Shown here one piece after another: positions 1 through 11,601 of a DNA stretch of 64,000 bases. The translations under genes and the position numbers were made by a program. Every line of letters starts with the position of its first letter. The first letter of the stretch is position 1. The DNA comes from Eggerthella sp. CAG:298 (GTDB taxonomy: Bacteria; Actinomycetota; Coriobacteriia; Coriobacteriales; Eggerthellaceae), in NCBI GenBank assembly GCA_000435675.1, contig FR895148.1, positions 113,402 through 177,401 on the forward strand, given 5' to 3'. The notes under the pieces are model-generated. The model was given only the letters and a program-made list of their open reading frames with translations. It ran no database searches and was not told where the DNA came from.

Positions 1-921
1 CTCGACATCATCAATGCGGCGGCCATCCATAATGGCATGGCGCTCGATATGGCCTTCGGTGGCTCCACGAATACGATGCTCCACCTTACCGCTATCTCTC
101 ACGCGGCAGGTTGCCCGGTCACGCTTGAGGATTGGGACAAGATCTGCTCCGAGATCCCTAACATCACGCGCATCGCGCCAGCAAGTTCGCTCCACATCCA
201 AGACCTGAACAAAGTCGGCGGTGTTTCTGCCATCATCGGTGAGCTCGGTCGTCACGGTTTGCTCGACGAAAGTGCGCTCACCTGCCACGGAACCATGGCA
301 GAGTGGATCGCTGAAGCACCTTATGTCGATGGGGAAGTGGTCCGCACGATCGAGGAGGCCTATTCTCCCGTTGGCGGCCTGCGTGTTATGCAAGGCAACT
401 TGGCTCCGAACTATGGCGTGGTCAAGCAATCGGCTGTGGCTGATGACATGCGTCAGCATCGTGGCCCGGCGCGCGTCTTCGAAAGTGAAGAGGAAGCATG
501 CGAAGCTATCTTCGGCGGCAAGATCAACGCCGGCGATGTGGTGGTCATTCGCTACGAAGGCCCTGCAGGTGGTCCTGGCATGCGCGAAATGCTCACGCCT
601 ACTTCAGCGATCTGCGGCATGGGTCTCGATCACGATGTCGCGCTCATCACCGATGGTCGTTTCTCGGGCGCAACGAAGGGCCCGGCTATCGGTCATGTGA
701 GCCCTGAGGCATATGCGGGCGGTCCGATCGCGCTCGTTCGCGAAGGCGACATCATCGACATCGATATCGATAAGGGCACGATGAACCTTGAGGTATCCGA
801 TGAAGAGCTTGAAAAGCGTCGCCAGAATTGGACCAAGCCAGAGCCGAAGTACGCAACGGGCGTGCTCGCACGTTATGCGAAATTGGTTTCCAGTGCCGAT
901 AAGGGGGCATATTTCGGATGA
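1..921 (+). CDS. ilvD: Dihydroxy-acid dehydratase, C-terminal portion (5' end lies outside window)
   Basis: Frame is open from nt 1. Translation ...[17 protein letters not shown]...[17 protein letters not shown]...[10 protein letters not shown]... matches the IlvD/EDD family C-terminal region. Confidence 0.9.
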   Translation, partial: LDIINAAAIHNGMALDMAFGGSTNTMLHLTAISHAAGCPVTLEDWDKICSEIPNITRIAPASSLHIQDLNKVGGVSAIIGELGRHGLLDESALTCHGTMAEWIAEAPYVDGEVVRTIEEAYSPVGGLRVMQGNLAPNYGVVKQSAVADDMRQHRGPARVFESEEEACEAIFGGKINAGDVVVIRYEGPAGGPGMREMLTPTSAICGMGLDHDVALITDGRFSGATKGPAIGHVSPEAYAGGPIALVREGDIIDIDIDKGTMNLEVSDEELEKRRQNWTKPEPKYATGVLARYAKLVSSADKGAYFG

Positions 922-2729
922 TCATCGACAACGAATACGAAAAACAACATAATCTCGGTCCCTATACTGCAAAACAGGGCACCGTGATGACCGGCGCCCA
1001 GGCCATCATCGCTTCGCTCGAAGCGGAAGGCGTGGATACGGTCTTCGGCTATCCGGGAGGACAAGCCATCAAGATCTATGACGCGCTCTACGATTCTAAG
1101 AAGATCAGGCATATTCTCTCTCGCCACGAGCAGGGTTCAGCGCATGAGGCTGATGGATATGCGCGTGCAACGGGCAAGACGGGTGTCGTAATCGTGACCA
1201 GCGGTCCTGGTGCTACGAATACCGTCACCGGCATCGCAACGGCCTATATGGATAGCGTTCCCATGGTCGTCATCACCGGTCAGGTGCCCCGTAGCATCAT
1301 CGGAACGGATGCGTTCCAGGAATCGGATATCGTGGGCATCACGATGCCGGTCGTGAAGCACAGCTATCTTCTTCAAGACATCAACGAGCTTACGAATACT
1401 TTCCGTGAAGCGTTCTATATCGCGAATTCTGGCCGTCCAGGCCCGGTGCTCATCGATGTTCCTTCAGATCTGTGTGGCATGGAGGTCGAGTTCAACTATC
1501 CGGCCGATGTGCACATTCCTTCCTACAAGCCAACGGTGAAGGGCAATGCGCGCCAGATCCGCCAGGCCGTGGACATGATGAAGGAAGCGAAGCGCCCGGT
1601 CCTCTACATCGGTGGCGGCATCATCGCTTCGAACTCCGAAGAGGAGCTGCTCTCGGTCGCAGAGGCGCTGCAGATCCCCGTGGTCACTACACTCATGGCA
1701 AAAGGCGCCTTCCCGGCATCCAATCCGCTCAACCTTGGGCACGTGGGCATGCACGGTTCGTACTATGCGAATCATGCCGTGCAGAATGCAGACCTGCTCA
1801 TTGCCATCGGCTCGCGCTTCTCTGATCGCGTAACGGGCAAGCTCGTTGACTTCGCGCCCGATGCGAAGGTCATCCATGTCGATATCGACCCAGCAGAGAT
1901 CGGCAAGAATCGCCTGCCGCAGATCCCAGTCGTGGGCGATGCCAAGGTTGTTCTGGCGGGCATGCAAGAGCTCATCGAGCAAGACGGCGATTTCAAGCCT
2001 ATCACGGCTGAATGGATGGCGCAGATCAACGAATGGCGCGATAACCATCCCTTCTACAGCCCAGGCGTTGCCACAGAGAATGGCACGATCTCGCCCGAAG
2101 GCGCGCTCGACCTTCTCTCGGATATGCTCGATCAGAACAACAGCATCGTCACGACTGAGGTTGGACAGCACCAGATGTGGGCCGCGCAGCATATCGCGCG
2201 CGATATTCCGCGCACGTTCCTCTCCAGTGGTGGTCTTGGCACGATGGGCTTCGGCTTCCCCGCAGCTATTGGCGCTAAGGTTGCTTGCCCAGAGAAGGAG
2301 GTCGTTTGTATCGCAGGCGATGGCTCTTATCAGATGAACATCCAGGAGATGACCACGGCATCGTATTGCGGCATCAATGTGAAGGTGCTGATCATGAACA
2401 ACTCGGTGCTCGGCATGGTGCATCAGTGGCAGAACCTGTTCTACGATGAACGCTACAGCGAAACGATCCTGCCCGACCTCCCCGATTTCGTGAAGGTGGC
2501 AGAGGCGTACAACTGGCAGGCCGAACGTGTTGAGAAGCCTGAAGACCTGGAAGGCGCTCTGAAGCGCTTGATCGAAGCGGACCGTCCGGCACTGCTCGAT
2601 ATGCGCATCGATAGCGATGAGAACGTGTTCCCCATGGTCCCAGCAGGCGCACCTCTCTCAGAGATGTTCGGCTACATCAAAGTCGGCCCGAACGGTGAAT
2701 TGATCGACGAGCGCAAGGAGGAGAAGTAA
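918..2729 (+). CDS. ilvB: Acetolactate synthase large subunit (TPP enzyme)
   Basis: 603-aa ORF with a TPP-binding motif ([11 protein letters not shown]) and FAD/TPP domains. It overlaps the ilvD stop by 4 nt (ATGA). The true start may be an internal Met. Confidence 0.9.
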   Translation: MIIDNEYEKQHNLGPYTAKQGTVMTGAQAIIASLEAEGVDTVFGYPGGQAIKIYDALYDSKKIRHILSRHEQGSAHEADGYARATGKTGVVIVTSGPGATNTVTGIATAYMDSVPMVVITGQVPRSIIGTDAFQESDIVGITMPVVKHSYLLQDINELTNTFREAFYIANSGRPGPVLIDVPSDLCGMEVEFNYPADVHIPSYKPTVKGNARQIRQAVDMMKEAKRPVLYIGGGIIASNSEEELLSVAEALQIPVVTTLMAKGAFPASNPLNLGHVGMHGSYYANHAVQNADLLIAIGSRFSDRVTGKLVDFAPDAKVIHVDIDPAEIGKNRLPQIPVVGDAKVVLAGMQELIEQDGDFKPITAEWMAQINEWRDNHPFYSPGVATENGTISPEGALDLLSDMLDQNNSIVTTEVGQHQMWAAQHIARDIPRTFLSSGGLGTMGFGFPAAIGAKVACPEKEVVCIAGDGSYQMNIQEMTTASYCGINVKVLIMNNSVLGMVHQWQNLFYDERYSETILPDLPDFVKVAEAYNWQAERVEKPEDLEGALKRLIEADRPALLDMRIDSDENVFPMVPAGAPLSEMFGYIKVGPNGELIDERKEEK

Positions 2730-2731
2730 TC

Positions 2732-3217
2732 ATGAGACACGTCCTTTCAGTGCTCGTAGAGAACAAATCTGGTGTATTGAGCCGTGTTGCGGGACTTATC
2801 TCGCGTCGCGGATTCAATATCGAGAGCCTTTCGGTCGGTCCGACCGAAGACCCCACGATGTCGCGCATCACGATCATCATGGAGGCCGACGAGATCGCCT
2901 ATGAGCAGATCACCAAGCAGCTTCACAAGCTCATTTCGGTGCACAAGATCACCGACCTTACGCAAACTGCCGCTCTCGAGCGCGAACTGGTGCTCATCAA
3001 AGTGCACGTCACGCCCGATAAGCGCAGTGAGGTCATCGAGATCGCGAACATCTTCCGTGCCAATATCGTCGATGTGGGCAAGACTTCGCTCACGATCGAG
3101 ATCACGGGTTCGGAAGACAAGCTCAAAGGCATCGAAGATCTGCTTCGCGCTTACGGAATCAAAGAGATCATCCGTACGGGCCTTATCGCGATGTCGCGCG
3201 GTTCAAAGGTGAGTTGA
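2732..3217 (+). CDS. ilvN: Acetolactate synthase small (regulatory) subunit, ACT domain
   Basis: 161 aa. N-terminal ACT domain (MRHVLSVLVENKSGVLSRVAGLISRRGFNIESL) immediately downstream of ilvB. Confidence 0.9.
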   Translation: MRHVLSVLVENKSGVLSRVAGLISRRGFNIESLSVGPTEDPTMSRITIIMEADEIAYEQITKQLHKLISVHKITDLTQTAALERELVLIKVHVTPDKRSEVIEIANIFRANIVDVGKTSLTIEITGSEDKLKGIEDLLRAYGIKEIIRTGLIAMSRGSKVS

Positions 3218-3259
3218 TACTATAATGTATCTTCATATACAGGAAACATCAGTCATTAG

Positions 3260-4270
<1,011 letters not shown>

Positions 4271-4293
4271 GTTCGATCAAACATCGATCTTTT

Positions 4294-4335
4294 AAACGAC
4301 CGTCTTCCTTATAGGAGGGCGGTCGTTTTCTTCTT
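4294..4335 (+). terminator. Rho-independent terminator after ilvC
   Basis: 9-bp stem AAACGACCG/CGGTCGTTT with a 17-nt loop, followed by a T-rich tract TTTTCTTCTT. Confidence 0.7.
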
Positions 4336-4412
4336 GTCCGGCTTTCCGCTATGATGGGAATCAACGCAAATTGCGCTTATCTTAGCGCAGGTAAAACATG
4401 CAGGGAGTTCTT

Positions 4413-6005
4413 ATGGCGCAGAAGATCTTGATCACAGAAGAGATCGTTCCAGCAGGTATCGAGATCCTGAAAGAAAAAGGATACGAGGTCGATTGTAAGT
4501 TCGATCTTTCCCGTGAAGAACTGCTCGACATCATCGAAGACTACGATGCGCTCATCGTGCGCTCCGCAACGAAGGTCGATCGTGAGATCTTCGAGATCGG
4601 CAAGAAGCTGCGCGTGGTCGGTCGTGCTGGTGTGGGTATCGACAATATCGACATCGAAGCCGCTAATGCCTATGGTGTGATCGTATGCAACGCGCCGGTC
4701 TCGAATACCGTCTCGGCTGCTGAACATACCATGGCGCTCATGCTCGCAGCTGCGCGCAACGTTGCAGCAGCGGATGCCTGCATGAAAGCCGGCGGTTGGA
4801 ACCGCCGCGATTTCACGGGCACCGAGCTCTACCATAAGACGCTCGCCATCTTCGGTCTTGGTCGCATCGGTGGACTCGTGGCTGATCGCGCTCATGCGTT
4901 CGGCATGGAAGTCATCGCCTACGACCCATACTGCTCTCGTGAACGTGCAGGCCAGCTTGGCGTTACGCTCTACGATACGATCGAAGATGTCTTGCCTCTC
5001 GCAGATTTCATCACGGTGCATACGCCGGCTACCGATGAGACCATCGGTATGTTCGGCCCCGAAGAATTCTCTCAGATGAAGGATGGTGTCATCCTCGTGA
5101 ATGTGGCGCAGGGCGGCATCTATGATGTCAAAGCGCTTTCGGATTTCGTGGCAGCAGGGAAGGTGGCAGCCTGCGGTATCGATGAATGGACCGAGCAGCC
5201 TTGCTACGATAGTCCGCTTCATGAATTCAAACAGGCTACTATCACACCGCACCTCGGTGCGCTCACGCGTGAGGCGCAGTATCGTGCTGGCACTCAGATC
5301 GCTGAATACGTGGATGAGGGTCTGAAGGGTTCGGTCGTGCCCACCTCGGTCAATGGCTCCTACATCTCAAGCGAAGACCTTGAACTGCTCGCACCCTATG
5401 CGCAAGTTTGCAAGCTCATCGGCTCGATGCTCTCTCAGGTGAAGCGCGGCGAATTGCCGGCAGTGCTTTCGGTCACCACGGCTGGCGTGCTCGCAGGACT
5501 CGATACGGGCTACTTGAGCGCGAGCGTGCTCGATGGCTATCTGCTGGGCAAGACTCGTGCGCGCGTAACGCCCACCACCGCAGACACGATTGCGCAACGT
5601 CATGGCATCCGCATCGAGCATCATTCCAATGCCGATGCGCTCGAGTACTCTTCGAGCGTCGAGGTTGCCGCCGATGGCGATTCGATCGTAGGGACCATCT
5701 CGGGACTCGCGCACACACCGCGCATCGTCTCGTTCATGGGCTACCAATGCGACCTCACTCCTGCAAAGCACGTGCTCATCATGCAGTATGTCGATTCGCC
5801 TGGTCGCGTGGGCACGATCGGCACGATCCTTGGCAATGCGAATGTGAACATCACCACCATGCAGGTGAGCACCCTCGAAGACTCCGATCTGGTCATGGTG
5901 TTCATGAATATCGAATCAGCGCTCACCGAAGAAGTGCTCGGCCAGCTTGAAACGATCGATAACCTGCAAGCTCTTTGGCTCGTAGACCTCGAAGCAGCTG
6001 ATTGA
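4413..6005 (+). CDS. serA: D-3-phosphoglycerate dehydrogenase (long form with ASB and ACT domains)
   Basis: NAD-binding motif GLGRIGG, 2-hydroxyacid dehydrogenase catalytic region and a C-terminal ACT domain. Start placed at ATG 4413 (GGGAG Shine-Dalgarno 7 nt upstream). An in-frame ATG at 4398 is the alternative. Confidence 0.88.
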   Translation: MAQKILITEEIVPAGIEILKEKGYEVDCKFDLSREELLDIIEDYDALIVRSATKVDREIFEIGKKLRVVGRAGVGIDNIDIEAANAYGVIVCNAPVSNTVSAAEHTMALMLAAARNVAAADACMKAGGWNRRDFTGTELYHKTLAIFGLGRIGGLVADRAHAFGMEVIAYDPYCSRERAGQLGVTLYDTIEDVLPLADFITVHTPATDETIGMFGPEEFSQMKDGVILVNVAQGGIYDVKALSDFVAAGKVAACGIDEWTEQPCYDSPLHEFKQATITPHLGALTREAQYRAGTQIAEYVDEGLKGSVVPTSVNGSYISSEDLELLAPYAQVCKLIGSMLSQVKRGELPAVLSVTTAGVLAGLDTGYLSASVLDGYLLGKTRARVTPTTADTIAQRHGIRIEHHSNADALEYSSSVEVAADGDSIVGTISGLAHTPRIVSFMGYQCDLTPAKHVLIMQYVDSPGRVGTIGTILGNANVNITTMQVSTLEDSDLVMVFMNIESALTEEVLGQLETIDNLQALWLVDLEAAD

Positions 6006-6059
6006 TACGTATCACTGATCGAATCGCACCCTGTTAGCTTATAGGGTCTGGCCGGAGGG

Positions 6060-6139
6060 GAAGGTATGGACCGCTTGCGCAGCCGCGGTTGGAATCTAGA
6101 ACATTAACAGTAAGCGAGCAGCTGATACGCCATACCTTC
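6060..6139 (+). repeat. 10-bp long-range inverted repeat (GAAGGTATGG ... CCATACCTTC) in the 427-bp region upstream of rpsA
   Basis: Exact reverse-complement arms at 6060-6069 and 6130-6139. Both are flanked by direct CCGGAGG copies. The enclosed 60 nt carry further short palindromes. Confidence 0.4.
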
Positions 6140-6432
6140 GCCGGAGGTCAGGCGCTATAAGCATTTTCAGTTTCGCTGTGCGGATAGATAGGTAGTCACA
6201 CCCCTCATTGGGAAGCGCTGCGCACGATACCTCACGTAAAATGTACAGCCATTTAACGCAACAAGATTCACCGGTGCGCTTGGCGGGTAATCTTGTGATG
6301 TTTTCGCCGTTTCTCTTGCTGTGCGCAAGGCGTGCTGTGCTATACTTACGCAGTCTGCCACGTACGGCAGATGTTTTGTATTGGACCTGCGAGACATGTT
6401 TGTTGTAAGCATTCGTTTCGAGTGCGACATAC

Positions 6433-7650
6433 ATGGTAAATGTAACTGCAATCATGAGCAAAGGTCCCCGTATTCGAAAGGGGTCCGTTTTGACCGACAT
6501 TAAAAACACGTCCGTTATTGAATTCGACGACATTTCAGAAGATGAAATGAACAAGATGATCGATGGAACGCTTACGGAATTCGACGAAGGCGATCTCATC
6601 GACGGCACTGTTGTCAAGATCGAGCATGATGAAGTGCTCGTTGATATCGGATTCAAGAGCGAAGGTGTTATTCCTGCTCGTGAACTTTCTATCCGTAAAG
6701 ACGCCGATCCTTCTGAGGTCGTTGAGCTGGGCGATCGCCTCGAGGCACTTGTTCTCCAGAAGGAAGACAAAGATGGTCGTCTCATCCTCTCCAAGAAGCG
6801 CGCAGAGTACGAGCGCGCTTGGATCCAGGTTGAAGACAAATTCAAGGCTGGCGAAGTGGTTACTGGTGAAGTCATCGAAGTCGTCAAGGGTGGTCTTATC
6901 CTCGATATCGGTCTGCGTGGCTTCCTGCCGGCATCCCTCGTCGATCTCCGCCGCGTGAAGGATCTCACCGCTTATCTGGGCACCGAGATCGAAGCGCGCG
7001 TCATCGAAATGGATCGCAACCGCAATAACGTCGTCCTTTCTCGTCGTGTTCTTCTCGAAGAAGGCCGCAAGAACGAGCGTGCAGAGATCCTCGAGAAGCT
7101 CTCGAAGGGCATGCGCCTCAAGGGCACCGTTTCCTCTATCGTCGACTTCGGTGCATTCGTCGACCTCGGCGGCATCGACGGTCTTATCCACATCTCCGAG
7201 CTCTCTTGGAGCCATGTCAACCATCCTTCTGAGGTCGTTAAGGTCAACGAAGAAGTTGAGGTTGAAGTGCTCGACGTCGATCTGCAGCGTGAGCGCATCT
7301 CCCTTGGTCTCAAGCAGACCACGGAAGATCCTTGGATCAAGCTCGTTGAGGTCTATCCGGTCGACACCATCGTTGATGGCCGCGTAACCAAGATCGTTCC
7401 GTTCGGTGCCTTCATCGAACTGGGTGACAACGTGGAGGGCCTCGTTCACATCTCTGAGATGGCAATGAAGCACATCGATTCACCGAACCAGGTCGTGAGC
7501 GTTGGCGATGAAGTGAAGGTCAAGGTCATGGACGTGAACACCGACCGTCGTCGTATTTCGCTTTCCATGAAGGCAGCTGCGGAAGACCTCGGTATCGAGA
7601 TCGATGTCGATGAACCCGAGCCGAAGGAAGAAGCCGAAGACGCTGAATAG
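6433..7650 (+). CDS. rpsA: 30S ribosomal protein S1 (four S1 domains)
   Basis: Four repeated S1 RNA-binding domains (GxV...G.FV...G..GL.H.SE). Start is uncertain: ATG 6433, ATG 6454 or TTG 6490. The TTG has an AAAGGGG Shine-Dalgarno sequence. Confidence 0.9.
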   Translation: MVNVTAIMSKGPRIRKGSVLTDIKNTSVIEFDDISEDEMNKMIDGTLTEFDEGDLIDGTVVKIEHDEVLVDIGFKSEGVIPARELSIRKDADPSEVVELGDRLEALVLQKEDKDGRLILSKKRAEYERAWIQVEDKFKAGEVVTGEVIEVVKGGLILDIGLRGFLPASLVDLRRVKDLTAYLGTEIEARVIEMDRNRNNVVLSRRVLLEEGRKNERAEILEKLSKGMRLKGTVSSIVDFGAFVDLGGIDGLIHISELSWSHVNHPSEVVKVNEEVEVEVLDVDLQRERISLGLKQTTEDPWIKLVEVYPVDTIVDGRVTKIVPFGAFIELGDNVEGLVHISEMAMKHIDSPNQVVSVGDEVKVKVMDVNTDRRRISLSMKAAAEDLGIEIDVDEPEPKEEAEDAE

Positions 7651-8779
7651 CTCTAAGGCACATATTGCACTAGGTTTGAGCGGCGGGGTTGATAGCGCAA
7701 CCTCAGCCGCTCTTCTTTTGTCACAGGGTTACCGCGTGACAGGGGTGACCTGTGTCTTCAATGATGCCGATGCAGGAACGGCATCCGAGAAGTCGAGCAC
7801 GATCGCTGCGGCTGAATCGGTGTGTCGTGCGCTTGGTATCGATCATGTGGTCTACGATGTGCGCGAAGTTTTCCGTGAACAGGTGATCGACCCGTTCATT
7901 ACCGACTGCGCACGAGGTCTTACCCCCGCACCATGCGTGACCTGCAATCGGTTCTGCAAGATCCCCGTGCTGTGCCAGGCAGCTGATGAGCTGGGTTGCG
8001 AGAAGATCGCAACTGGTCATTACGCACGAGTGGTAGAAGACACGGCGCTTCATCGGTTTGCGCTCAAGCGTGCGCTCGACGAAGCGAAAGATCAAACTTA
8101 CATGCTCTCCTTGCTCACTCAAGATCAGCTCTCGCGTTTGGTGTTGCCTCTGGGAGGGTATACCAAGCAAGAGGTGCGCCAATATGCGCTTGATCAGGGG
8201 ATACCAGTCGCTAAGCGCCCTGAGAGCCAAGACCTTTGCTTCGTGGCAGGGGATTATCGCGACTTTCTGGTAGAGCAAGGCATCACGGATGATCCAGGTC
8301 CAATCATGATGCGCGATGGGGAAGTGGTGGGCACGCATCACGGCATCCATCATTTCACGCTCGGGCAGCGAAAAGGCTTGGGTGTTGCAATGGGCGAGCC
8401 TTATTTCGTGGTTGACAAGGATGCGCAAGCCAAATCGGTCACGATCGCTCCAAAGGATCGAGCGTTCATCTCAACAGTTGAGGTGCGCGACTTAAACTGG
8501 ATGCTTCCTTGTCCTAGTGCGCCATGCAGTGTGAAGATCCGTTATCGTTCAAAGCCTGCGCTTGCACACGTTATTCCGCTTGGTACGGATCGCTCACTCG
8601 AGACCGACCATTCATCCGATCACCAAGCTGATGGCAATCCTTCATTTGCTGCAGGTCGCGTACGCGTCGAGTTCTTCGAGCCTCAGACCCTTACCGCGCC
8701 AGGTCAATGTTGTGCGTTTTATCAAGGGAGCGTGCTTGTAGGCGGTGGTATCATCGACACCGTAACATTTAGCGCGTAA
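7604..8779 (+). CDS. mnmA: tRNA-specific 2-thiouridylase
   Basis: PP-loop motif LGLSGGVDSA and catalytic cysteines of MnmA. The listed ATG overlaps the rpsA 3' end, so the true start is probably an internal or non-ATG codon near 7664-7676. Confidence 0.85.
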   Translation: MSMNPSRRKKPKTLNSSKAHIALGLSGGVDSATSAALLLSQGYRVTGVTCVFNDADAGTASEKSSTIAAAESVCRALGIDHVVYDVREVFREQVIDPFITDCARGLTPAPCVTCNRFCKIPVLCQAADELGCEKIATGHYARVVEDTALHRFALKRALDEAKDQTYMLSLLTQDQLSRLVLPLGGYTKQEVRQYALDQGIPVAKRPESQDLCFVAGDYRDFLVEQGITDDPGPIMMRDGEVVGTHHGIHHFTLGQRKGLGVAMGEPYFVVDKDAQAKSVTIAPKDRAFISTVEVRDLNWMLPCPSAPCSVKIRYRSKPALAHVIPLGTDRSLETDHSSDHQADGNPSFAAGRVRVEFFEPQTLTAPGQCCAFYQGSVLVGGGIIDTVTFSA

Positions 8780-8836
8780 GATGCGTAGATGATCAAAGGT
8801 AATATAGAGTAACGTAGCGCACCAAGTAGTGTGCTC

Positions 8837-8858
8837 GTTCAACATTCAACATTCAAGG
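8837..8858 (+). repeat. Tandem heptamer direct repeat GTTCAACA-TTCAACA-TTCAAGG upstream of coaE
   Basis: Three consecutive TTCAAC/A units lie immediately upstream of the coaE Shine-Dalgarno sequence (AAGGTGG) and its ATG at 8867. Confidence 0.5.
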
Positions 8859-8866
8859 TGGCACCT

Positions 8867-9469
8867 ATGGCAAAACGTATCTTCATAACCGGTGGTATCG
8901 GATCAGGGAAATCAACCTTGCTCGATTTTTTGCGCAGCCAGGGTGTTGCTGCGGTCGAAGCCGACAAAGTGGGTCACGAGGTGCTCACCTTCGCGGACAC
9001 CAAAGCTGAGCTGGCAGAGAAGTTCGGCAACGATATCTTCGATGATGAAGGCAATGTGGTGCGCTCGGCTCTTGCAGCGAAAGCGTTCGTTTCCCCTGAG
9101 ATGACCGCGCTGCTCGATTCGGTCACCCTGAAGCGCGTGTACGCTGAATCGCTGCGTCAGCTCGATAATCTCGCGCAAACGCATGATTTCGTTGCGCTCG
9201 AGATGGCTATCCTCGATGGTCGCGATGATTTCTACAAGAACGCTGATGTGGTGCTTGCAGTGGTCACTACGCCAGAGGTGCGTATTGCGCGTCTGGTCGG
9301 CCGTGGACTTACCGAAGAAGATGCGCGCAATCGCTTGAAGAATCAGGTTCCCGATAGCAAACGCGAAGCGATCGCCGATGTGGTGTTCACCAACAATGGC
9401 ACGATCGAAGACTTCGAGAATGAGATCGCGCTTTGGTGGGAGAGCTTCAAGAACGAGGCTGCAAAATGA
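8867..9469 (+). CDS. coaE: Dephospho-CoA kinase
   Basis: P-loop GGIGSGKST at the N-terminus, about 200 aa. Start at MAKRIF with Shine-Dalgarno AAGGTGG. Confidence 0.85.
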   Translation: MAKRIFITGGIGSGKSTLLDFLRSQGVAAVEADKVGHEVLTFADTKAELAEKFGNDIFDDEGNVVRSALAAKAFVSPEMTALLDSVTLKRVYAESLRQLDNLAQTHDFVALEMAILDGRDDFYKNADVVLAVVTTPEVRIARLVGRGLTEEDARNRLKNQVPDSKREAIADVVFTNNGTIEDFENEIALWWESFKNEAAK

Positions 9470-11586
9470 GTCACCTTCAGAACATCGATGGCACCCAGAT
9501 GGAAGGGAAGCTGCCGGTCACGCGCCTTTCCAATCAGCCCTTCGAAGTGGTATCCGAATTCGAGCCAGCTGGCGATCAGCCAGAAGCGATCGAGCAGCTT
9601 GCGAAGAACATCGAAGCAGGTATGCGCTACCAAACCCTGCTCGGGGTAACGGGATCCGGAAAGACGTATACGGTCGCAAAGACGATCGAAGCCATCCAGC
9701 GTCCTACGCTCATCCTCGCTCCGAACAAGACGCTCGCGGCTCAGCTCGCGGCCGAGCTCAAGGAGTTCTTTCCGAACAATGCCGTGGTCTACTTCGTTTC
9801 GTACTACGACTATTATCAGCCGGAAGCCTATGTTCCCACCACCGATACCTTCATCGAAAAGGATGCTTCCATCAATGAGGAGGTTGAGAAGCTGCGTCAT
9901 GCAGCAACGTCTGCTTTGCTCTCGCGGCGCGATGTGATCGTGGTCGCTTCGGTATCGTGTATCTACGGTATCGGTTCTCCTGCTGAATATGCGGGCATGG
10001 CCGTATTCTTGGATAAGGAAGTCGAGCAAGATCGCGACGAGCTCATCATGAAGCTCATCGATATCCAATACGATCGCAACGACTACGATCTGCAACGCGG
10101 AACATTCCGCGTGCGTGGCGATGCGCTCGATATCTTCCCGCCGTATTCCGACAATCCGCTTCGCGTGGAATTCTGGGGCGACGAGATCGAGCTCATCGCT
10201 GAAGTTGATAAAGTAACGGGGGAGGTCATCACTGAATTCGAGGCACTGCCCGTTTGGCCAGCAACGCACTATGTGGCATCACGGCCTGCGATCGAACGCG
10301 CGCTCGATACGATCCGCACCGAGCTTCAGCAGCGTTTGGAAGAGTTCAACAAAGAGGGCAAGCTGCTCGAAGCGCAGCGCTTGGAGATGCGTACCACCTA
10401 CGACCTTGAGATGATCGAGACCATGGGCTTCTGTTCGGGCATCGAGAACTATTCGCGCCATCTTGATGGGCGTGCTCCTGGTGTACCTCCTTATACGCTC
10501 ATCGACTATTTCCCAGAAGACTTCGTCTGTTTCATCGATGAGAGTCACGTGACGGTGCCGCAGGTACGCGGCATGTATGAAGGCGACCGCTCGCGTAAGA
10601 CCACGCTTGCAGAACACGGTTTCCGTTTGCCATCCTGCTTAGATAACCGTCCGCTTCGCTTCGATGAATTCGAAGAGCGCATCCCACAGTTCATCTATAC
10701 CTCTGCCACGCCTGGCGATTACGAGGAACGCGTGAGCGAGAGCGTGGTCGAGCAGATCATCCGTCCGACCGGTCTTCTCGATCCTAAGATCACGGTGAAG
10801 CCGATCAAATCGCAGATCGATGACATCATCGATGAGGCGAAGATACGCGTTGCGAAGAAGGAGCGCGTGCTCATCACTACGCTCACGAAGCGCATGGCTG
10901 AAGATCTTACCGAATACTTGCTCGATCAGGGTGTGAAGGCGCGCTATATGCATTCCGATATCGGCACGATCGAACGCGTTGAGATCCTGCGCGATCTTCG
11001 TTTAGGCGAGTTCGATGTGCTCGTAGGCATCAATCTGCTGCGCGAAGGCCTCGATCTACCAGAGGTTTCGCTCGTGGCTATCCTTGATGCCGACAAGGAA
11101 GGTTTCTTGCGCAATCATCGTTCGCTCATTCAGACGATCGGCCGCGCTGCACGAAACGCAGAAGGCGAGGTCATCATGTATGCTGATGTGATGACCGACT
11201 CGATGAGCCGTGCCATCAAGGAGACCGAGCGCAGGCGCTCGCTCCAGATCGCCTTCAACGAAGAGCACGGCATCGTACCTACCACCATCCGCAAAGGCAT
11301 CAACGATATCACCGATCAGCTGGGTGGCGATGACGAACGAAGCGCTGAAGAGGTCAATCGTGAGCTTGCGAACCTCTCTCGTGGTGAGGTCATGCGCGTC
11401 ATCTCCGATATGGAGAACGAGATGATCGCGGCATCGCAGGCGATGGACTTCGAGAAGGCAGCCACCTTACGCGATGAGATCGTGTCCCTGCGCATCCAGC
11501 TCGAAGGAAAATCCGAGACCGACGTTATGGGCGAGCTAAAGAAAACCGCCCGCAAGGGATCAGCTTACGGGCGGCGCAAACGCTAG
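9466..11586 (+). CDS. uvrB: Excinuclease ABC subunit B
   Basis: Walker A GVTGSGKT, helicase motifs and a C-terminal UvrB/UvrC interaction domain (...[13 protein letters not shown]...). Overlaps the coaE stop (ATGA). Confidence 0.93.
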   Translation: MSHLQNIDGTQMEGKLPVTRLSNQPFEVVSEFEPAGDQPEAIEQLAKNIEAGMRYQTLLGVTGSGKTYTVAKTIEAIQRPTLILAPNKTLAAQLAAELKEFFPNNAVVYFVSYYDYYQPEAYVPTTDTFIEKDASINEEVEKLRHAATSALLSRRDVIVVASVSCIYGIGSPAEYAGMAVFLDKEVEQDRDELIMKLIDIQYDRNDYDLQRGTFRVRGDALDIFPPYSDNPLRVEFWGDEIELIAEVDKVTGEVITEFEALPVWPATHYVASRPAIERALDTIRTELQQRLEEFNKEGKLLEAQRLEMRTTYDLEMIETMGFCSGIENYSRHLDGRAPGVPPYTLIDYFPEDFVCFIDESHVTVPQVRGMYEGDRSRKTTLAEHGFRLPSCLDNRPLRFDEFEERIPQFIYTSATPGDYEERVSESVVEQIIRPTGLLDPKITVKPIKSQIDDIIDEAKIRVAKKERVLITTLTKRMAEDLTEYLLDQGVKARYMHSDIGTIERVEILRDLRLGEFDVLVGINLLREGLDLPEVSLVAILDADKEGFLRNHRSLIQTIGRAARNAEGEVIMYADVMTDSMSRAIKETERRRSLQIAFNEEHGIVPTTIRKGINDITDQLGGDDERSAEEVNRELANLSRGEVMRVISDMENEMIAASQAMDFEKAATLRDEIVSLRIQLEGKSETDVMGELKKTARKGSAYGRRKR

Positions 11587-11591
11587 ATCGT
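11547..11591. terminator. Bidirectional hairpin between convergent uvrB and ppk1
   Basis: Stem CCGCCCG/CGGGCGG (7 bp, 14-nt loop) inside the last codons of uvrB, followed by GTTTTT. Only 15 bp separate the two stop codons. Confidence 0.5.
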
Positions 11592-11601
11592 TTTTGCTGG
11601 C

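Noticed and set aside
1464-2423. 319-aa ORF antisense to ilvB. Similar long antisense ORFs occur at 4377-5252, 9343-10269, 12136-13158, 15948-17465, 20514-21674, 24902-25867, 25934-26827, 27803-29074, 29856-30752, 31846-32742, 57654-58901, 60363-61025 and 62115-62954.
   Set aside because: All lie entirely within, and antisense to, strongly supported conserved genes. Their translations are Arg/Ala/Ser-rich with no motifs. This is typical stop-codon depletion in a high-GC genome, not real genes.
4340-4397. Small palindrome CGCAA-A-TTGCG upstream of serA as a possible operator
   Set aside because: Only a 5-bp stem with a 1-nt loop, immediately after the ilvC terminator. Too short to distinguish from chance.
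6096-6968. 290-aa minus-strand ORF spanning the rpsA leader and 5' part of rpsA
   Set aside because: Low-complexity Ser/Arg/Thr-rich translation with no ribosome-binding site. It overlaps the well-supported rpsA coding region in antisense, so it is an artifact. The non-coding leader is reported separately.
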